From Klebsormidium nitens (taxonomy: Eukaryota > Plantae > Klebsormidiophyceae): DNA of 64,000 bases. This document shows, one piece after another, positions 56,603 through 64,000 of the stretch. The notes beneath the pieces are model-generated. The model was given only the letters and a program-made list of their open reading frames with translations. It ran no database searches and was not told where the DNA came from. Position numbers and translations under genes: made by a program. The DNA lies in NCBI GenBank assembly GCA_000708835.1, contig DF237273.1, forward strand, positions 1-64,000. Reading direction: 5' to 3'. Within the stretch, counting starts at the first letter, position 1; every line of letters starts with the position of its first letter.

Positions 56603-59600
56603 ATGGAACCTCGCATAGGAAATAAGTACAGGCTAGGGAGGAAAATTGGGAGCGGGTCCTTTGGGGAGATATATTTGGGTACGGAGAATTCCAAAGCATT
56701 CCTTCAGTTCCTTGAAAGGAGGCTATGCCTTTCCCTATTTATTGCATAGCAGTCGCAAAAGAGCAGCGTCCGCATCTGCATCCAAGGTTTTACTTCCATT
56801 TTCGTGTTGTTCACACACAACGGATCCTGCTTTACCATCACTTGAGAGGGTCCTTGGGATTGTGCTCAAGACTTGCCCCTTTTGGAACCCTGATCGAGTG
56901 TCCCCTGTTTTTCTTGCTTATCTTCGCTTTGAATTTGTTGCAGGGACCAACATTCAGACAAATGAGGAGGTCGGAATCAAATTGGTAAGGTTCTCTCTAT
57001 TTGGAAGTGCGGTCTTGTCAGCGTCACTGCTGAAGTCTGGCTGTGTTTGTTTCAGGGGGCCTCCAAGTGCCCTATGTTCTGCTCGAAAATACTTGTATGC
57101 AGTCTTTGACGCCATATACTGGCTTTTGAAGAAGAGGCAAAAGTTGCCAACCTGGTTTGTTTGGTGCTGCAGGAGTCCGTGAAGACAAAGCATCCTCAAC
57201 TTCTCTATGAGTCCAAGCTCTACAGAATCCTGCAAGGTGGAAGTGAGTTGGTGAACCTCGTCTTTGGGCTGGCAGTTGAATATGTCCTGCAACCCCGCTT
57301 TTGGTTGTGAGGGCCCTTTCCTGTCGGTCTTTGGGTTGCTGCTTTGGGTTGCTGCAAGTTGCAAGGAGTAAGCCCTGTGCCCTGCAACGCTCTGCAGGGT
57401 AATTGATACACTTTTGTTGCAGCTCTCTGGGCAGTTTCCTGCAGGTCCTCCGATTTGTTATGTCAGGGGTGCTCCTTCTCGGCTTCTTAGGTGCCTGCTT
57501 CTCTTTTGCAGCGGGAATTCCTAACATCCGATGGTTCGGAGTAGAGGGGGATTACAATGTGATGGTGCTGGACCTGCTGGGCCCCAGCTTGGAGGACCTG
57601 TTCAACTTTTGCAGCCGCAAGTTCTCCCTCAAGACTGTCCTTATGCTGGCCGACCAGCTTGTGAGCATCCCAGTCATTGCTGCTGCTCGAGCAAGTGCAC
57701 GCAAAGGATTCAAAAGTGGCTCCTGAGCTTGCCTCCTTGTAGGGTTGTCCTGTTTTCGTTTGTCCTAAGAGGAATGTACGATCCGATGAACCAATTCTGA
57801 CGTACACCGACGCAGCTAGAGCGGGCTAAGCAGTTATCCACATCATGAACGCCTGAGTATTATAAACTCCTGAAGCAGGGTCTAAATAACTCCTCAGATG
57901 GTGCCTGACGTTGCAAAACGGCTGTCCAGTCAATGCTGCAAGGCTGGGGGACGGCTTTTGTTGACAGGAGGCTGCCAAGCGCCTAGTAGCATTGTAAAGG
58001 CTTGGCTGCACGGCACCCTCATTTAGAACATTGCTCAGCTCCTGCTCTGTAAAAGCTGTAAATCTCCACTGCTTTGCTTTGTTAAGCTACAGTTGCGGCA
58101 TTTGTAAGCAAGGCAGTAGGTTAAGAAGGCAGCCTTTCGGGGCAACAGGTCAGCGGCAAGCAGAGTATGCAGACGGAATCTTTGACACTCCTCATACGCG
58201 GCTTGCAGATCAACCGCATTGAGTATGTTCACTCCAAGAGCTTCCTGCACCGTGACATCAAGCCAGACAACTTCTTGATGGGGCTGGGGAGGAGGGCGAA
58301 CCAGGTGTACATAATTGACTTTGGACTGGCAAAGAAGTACAGGGATCCCACCACACACCAGCACATCCCCTACAGAGAGAACAAGAATCTCACAGGGACC
58401 GCGCGGTATGCGAGCATCAACACGCATCTGGGAATTGGTGAGTTGTCCATTTTAGAATTGCTGATCCTGCTCAGTGTGCTTGAAGCTGTACCACAGTGGT
58501 TGGAGCCAGACCTTCATGCTCCACTTTCTTGTCAAGTTTCTTGCAAAGTTTGAGGGGTGGAAGTGTGGAGCGGGCAGCTTTTAGGGTTCCACCTCACTGC
58601 CCCAACACTGTATCTGACCGTTGCCTTTATTACGTGCAGAGCAAAGTCGGAGGGACGATCTGGAGTCGTTGGGATATGTGCTGATGTACTTCCTGCGAGG
58701 AAGGTGAGAGGCTGCAAGCTGCAACCTGTTAGAGGGGGGCCTGGGGGATCGCTGAAGCTTTCGCGAGCCGGTGTCAGTGACCATCAACCGGGCTGAACGC
58801 TGGTTAAGTGTCGGCTTGTTGACAGAGACAGTTCATTATTATTTGTGGTGTTCGTCTATGCCTGGCAAGGTGAGGGCTACCTTGCAGTAGGGCCCTGTGG
58901 TGCATAGATCGGTCATGCTTGCTGTTTTGACCATTGATTGTTTGGTTCTGCAGCCTGCCGTGGCAGGGCCTCAAGGCAGGGACGAAGAAGCAGAAGTACG
59001 AGAAGATTAGCGAGAAGAAGATGTCGACACCGATCGAGGTCCTCTGCAAGAATTACCCCTCTGAATTCGCCTCCTACTTCCACTTCTGTCGGCGCCTCCG
59101 GTTCGACGACAAACCTGACTATGCCTACCTCAAGAGGCTGTTCAGGGACTTGTTTATCCGGGAAGGTGCGCAAGTGGTGTCTCCGCAGGGCCCTTTCTAT
59201 TCCCTCTTGTTCTGAGAAAGTATCCGCCAGTTGTATGTTGCCGCACGTATTTCCAATGATTCTATGTCGTCTCCCCTCTTTGCTTATGACCTGCAATAAA
59301 AGGAGCATCAACCTTTCTGAAAGACCCATGCAGGGAGTTCTGTCGTACCTCAGGCTGCTGCGGTCACCTGATATTTGACCTCCTGCGTCAAGAGGCGCTA
59401 TTTTCAGCTTGCTCATCAGCATCGTCTCTTTTTGCAGGTTACCAATTTGACTATGTCTTTGACTGGACAATTCTGAAGTACCAGCAGTCGCAGATCGGGG
59501 CAGGCCCGTCCGCAGGGAGAACCTTGGTGAGTCTACTGCGGTGTAATCCTCCTGCGTCGGACCTTTCGGCGTCTGAATCTAAAAACCTGCGCCTCCATTG

Positions 59601-60618
59601 CATCAGGTGTGTGTCCCAATTCCCGTTGTGCACTATATTTTGTCCTTGTATCCTAACGTGCATGATTTCTTGGCGCAGGGGGCTGGAGCGGGAGCTGCAG
59701 GAACAAGCAGTGCGGCGGTGCAGGGTGGGGGGCAAACAGATCGAGCAGGTAACGCCGCGACCAGCCTGTTGGAAGTTCCTGGCTTGCTGCAGGCTTGTTG
59801 TAACGTTGTGTTGTAGTTGCTGGTCTCAGATAGGACAAATTTTTCAACATTAGTATCCCACGAGATGCTTTCAAAGTCAGTGTTGCTCAAAAAGAAAGGC
59901 GCAGATTTTTGAGTCATCAAAAGTGACAGGATGCAGAGAGCCAAAGTGCTCAAAGCTGCATCCGTCAGGTAGTCAAGTGGGCCTACTGGCGTAGTTGCTG
60001 ACACCGCTGTGCTTGCTGCTCTCTGCAGGAGGGACCAGCACTCCTGTGAACGCTGGGGATACGCCTGAGGGCACGAGGAGGCGAATGGCGAGCGCCATTG
60101 ATGCCACCAAGCCGAGGACGAGCAATGATGAAACCAAGGAGGTGAGCTGTTCCTCCTTCACCTGGCAGAGCACGCTTTATGCAGACTCCTCGAGGTTGGA
60201 AGATTGAACCTGCTAAGTACGTTCCACTGCACGGCGCTCTTTTTCTTCTGTTCTGTAAAGGTTTAGTCATCAACCTTTGTAAGAGATATATGTCTCTTAA
60301 GGTGAAGAGTAGGGCAGTCTGCCCGTGCGCTGGGCCTTTCCGACGTGTTTCGCCAGCTTATTCTGTTTCTGCGTTGGTGTGCAGGAGCAGGAGCGGTTGC
60401 ACAGCAGTGCGTTTGCGCGCGCTGGCAGTGCTTCCAAGCGGGCCGTGGCGGGGACAACGCGGGTGGGTAGCTCAGCTGCAGCTGCGGCGGCGGCAGACGC
60501 CACTGCCCTGACAAACAAGATGGGCCCCATTAGTCTGAGCCGCACTTCTGTCCAGCGGCCATCAGGCGTATCTGGGTCAGAGCCAAAGAAGCCAGTCCAT
60601 TCGCGTCCTTTTTCTTAG
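56603..60618 (+). CDS. CK1: Casein kinase 1, multi-exon
   Basis: [97 protein letters not shown]. Confidence 0.97.
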
Positions 60619-62655
60619 AATGGGGCGCGAGGATGCATGTAAGTTCTGGAATCGGTTTCGCTTTGGTTTCTTCAAGTCAGCCCTTTTTGAAATCCGTCGC
60701 CGTTGCGCCTTCTTGTTATGTGAGTGTTGTGAACAACGATTCAGAGCACATTCAGTTTACAAAGGGCACAAGCATGTATTGCACCTTGTCTGCATGCTTT
60801 GTTACACTCAGAAAGTGACGTCTCTTATTCGTGGTTCCAGGCAGCATTGCGGCGGTTGGCCGTGTGTGGATCCAAGGATGAGGTAGAAGCCCCTCAAGGG
60901 TGAGGCAGAACCAGGCGCGCTGCTTTTGCTTGTGGCGTGTCCAAAGTCGGCGCTTCAAGGTGGACTTTTGATACATGCTCCGTCCATGTAAATAGTGCTT
61001 ACTTTGTCGAAGATTAACGAACTTGAAAATGTCCCCCGACCTTGGATCACTTTGCCATGGCTGCCTCAATCGACAGTGGTCTGAAAGCATAGGCTTGGCA
61101 ACGTGATCGCTGCGCAACTGCCTACGGTCTGGCATGTTCATGCTTTGTACTCCTGTTGGCGCCAAACTTTCCTTGGGGTTCCAACTTCTCTACCCGATCT
61201 TGAGTCGTACGATGCCTTTTTTTGATGATCGGACGGTTTTAAGATCAGAAACTAGGCTGGGAACATTTGCAATGGATGGCATCTTCGACGCAAACATTCT
61301 GTGCAGTCTCGTCTACTATTCATTGCATCGTGCATCCAAACCTGTGGCATCCAAGAATGCCACGTAGTTGCACCTTGCAAAACTCCCTGCACTGTTGCAT
61401 AAGCTACAGTGGCTATGATTATGGCCAGACGGCTTCGATCAAATTCAACTCCTTCTGAGTACATTGTATTTCGAGGCAGATCCTGATTTTGTATATTGTT
61501 GATTCATAAGTTATGGTGCGTATTGATTTTCAGTTTCTGGGCGCACATACACGCGCGCAAGAGTCCAAAGATTAGCTAGTTCAAATGCAGTGAGCCTTGC
61601 CGCTGGGCCAATCCATAGGCTGGCACCTGCCAGGCTGCCACCATTTCGTAGTATGCATAGGACTAGCAACCGTAAGCAATTATTCAATAACAATGACGTT
61701 CTCTTTTCAAAACGCCGTAGCCACATGGGCCATAGGCTTCCATGGCATGTACATGGGAATCAATGTTTGAGTTGCGGACGCCTAGATGCAATAATACAAA
61801 CAGAAGGCGTTGGCCAAGCTGCCAGAGCCTGAGGAGTTCGCTATTAGATTGAAATACCGGTACACCAAAAGTTCATTGGCGAAATCCCTTGGCGGTATCG
61901 AAGGTACTAGGTACCGGTAGTTTAGGTACCTACCTAGCTACTTCCTATAGGAAGATTCACTGAAGATATTGCACGGATACGGGTAAGGCCGTACCAACAG
62001 GTAGTAGGTACCTGCTGATTCCGGTAGGTACTGATACCAGGTACTGACTCCCGCTGCCTGGGAGTGATAGGGAACCGTGCATGGGGGGTTGGGGCAGGTT
62101 GGGGTTTTGAATCAAGGTTTGTGCCCATCTGTTGCATCCAACTTCCACACCCAACTTGCAAGGTCCGCTTCAGAATCCAGCTCAACTGGCGTCACCCGGG
62201 CCGATGACCATGAGATTCAGATCTGGGGATTCTGGGTGGAGGCTTATGAGCCGCTCAGATGACAACGACGGCACAGATTTATCCACATGGGCACGAACAG
62301 TGCGACGGCCAACCAGTATCTGCAGAAAATCATGCTGGAAGGCCGAGTGATGTAACTGTGGTACGTACCGCAGGAAGGTCGTCCCGGCCTAATCTGTCAA
62401 GCGTACACACGTGTCATCTTTTCGGGTACAAACAATAATATCTCAACCGACCACTTTCCGGGAAAAATGGATGATATTTTGAAGGTAACACCAACCGGTT
62501 GAACTCTTCCGGCCCGTCTGTACGAAGACGTACCGCGGTCCGACTTAGTGCCGGTAGGGACCGCGTTGTGTACTCAATCCCAACACCAACAACTGTGGGT
62601 GAAGGACAACGGGTTTGGGGGCAAACCCGTCCACCTCGAGGAGATCAGCAGATCA

Positions 62656-63558
62656 GCCTCTGTGAGGCAAAACGTACAAAGTTTGCGAATAGAATTTGGG
62701 AGAATGGGCTGCGGACGGTACCGGGCCAGAAATGGCAGCGTACGGTATGCACCGTCGCTGCTCGTCGCGGTACCTAGCCCTGGCTACCGCCGAAGCAACC
62801 GGGCAGTCTTAGTGACTTTAGGGTTAAGTCAGAAAGCAGTGACGGTGTGTTAGGGTTACGCCACTTCCCTGTGACGGTTTGTTAGGGTTAAGTTCCTTCT
62901 CTGTGACTGCTCTACGATTAGGGTTCTTACAAACGGTTAAGCCCAGTGTTTCCCCTGCCGGCCCACTCTCTGGTAAAATGGCCGGCAATGGTCAAACCGG
63001 GCCGGCAATGGGGGCCGGCCTCCGGCCCATCCGGCCGGCATTGCCGGGCACGGGCCGCCGGCAATGAAAGTTCATAGCTGGCCCTGTCATCGTATTCCGT
63101 GTGTAAAACGATCAGGATTTCAGGAGATTTAAAGGTTATTGTCGAAAAAAACCTTCCCTCGGGGACTTCTGGCCAGCAGTATCCCTCAATGATCCCTTCG
63201 GTAGGACAGGTAGGAAGTTGGTCGATAATTTTACACGTAGATAAGCTAGAGACTTATGAAAGTATTGTAAAGTCGAATATATGGGGTGCGCGCGCGCGGA
63301 AATTCCACATATTTTGCCGGGACTTGGGCCGGCAATGGCGACCTCGGCCCGGCCCAACGGGCCGGCAAACTCAGGCCCCGGCCGGCCCGGCGGCCAGCAA
63401 TTAAAATAATTAGGGGAAACACTGGTTAAGCCACTGTCCATAGGATTTTGGTATAATTACAGGTCCACCCGAGCACTTCTTGGTGTCCGAACAGGGTGTC
63501 CGCGTCCGATTCTCCCAAATTCTATTCGCAAACTTTGTGCCTCTTGCCTCAGTGAGGC
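62656..63558. mobile_element. Non-autonomous element with ~60-bp terminal inverted repeats hosting a nested hAT MITE
   Basis: 62656-62716 (GCCTC..GAGGCAA..ACAAAGTTTGCGAATAGAATTTGGGAGAAT..GCGGAC) is the reverse complement of 63498-63558; no TSD identified. Confidence 0.75.
62944..63424. mobile_element. hAT-type MITE (481 bp)
   Basis: TIR CAGTGTTTCCCCT / AGGGGAAACACTG; perfect 8-bp TSD GTTAAGCC at 62936-62943 and 63425-63432; subterminal GCCGGC repeats at both ends. Confidence 0.93.
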
Positions 63559-64000
63559 CGTGCAAAACACACTGACGACCGCAGGGCTGGTGAGCAGAGC
63601 CAGTGGCAGAGGGGAGAACCACCACTGGCTTTCATGATCTCTAAGTTTGAAGAAGGCTGTTCACTGGTTCCCTGAAGCTCCGTTTCCTAGATCTGGGGTT
63701 GGTTGTCCCGTTTGACAAATCTGGTGATCCGTGCTCAGCTTTTTAGCTTGTCTTTCAGGTGTGCAGGCAGCTTTGCGAAGGCGCTTGCCAGCATGGCCGC
63801 CGCCGCCGTGCACTCATGCGCCACCTCGCGCCTGTTTGCCCCGCGCCTGCCCCTTGCGCAGCAGCGCGCGCAGCCCTCTGTTAGTGGCTCTCCCCTGCCG
63901 CAGGGTGCTTTCCATGGGCGCGAGCGCTGTTCTGCTGACTCTGCTGCGCCCTGCAGCTCGCGGAGGCCTGAAAAGCTGAGGGGAGATTTCTTGGGGGGTA

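Overview
Eukaryotic nuclear DNA with many GT-AG introns and plant-type genes; a streptophyte or green alga (Klebsormidium-like) is an inference. About 1-26 kb is a composite mobile/virus-derived region. It holds a spliced KDZ (Kyakuja-Dileera-Zisupton) transposase, and an intronless module of primase-SF3 helicase, tyrosine recombinase and small ORFs with no capsid gene seen. It also holds a HIRAN exon, a four-exon PrimPol-zinc finger-UL9/origin-binding helicase fusion that can be reassembled in frame, a phage/giant-virus-type small gene, an EsV-1-7-like Cys motif and a 2A-like peptide. Five dispersed arrays (about 29 units) of one ~120-bp double-hairpin repeat with conserved and variable segments run through this region, at least one clearly inside a spliceosomal intron. 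A Crinkler-type NTPase-REase gene follows (27.5-31.9 kb). The rest is ordinary host genes (CUE-domain protein, an unknown acidic protein, ALG6, a plant DYRK-type kinase, a NATD1-like GNAT, casein kinase 1) plus three MITE-like insertions. All protein assignments come from motif recognition by eye; no database search was run.
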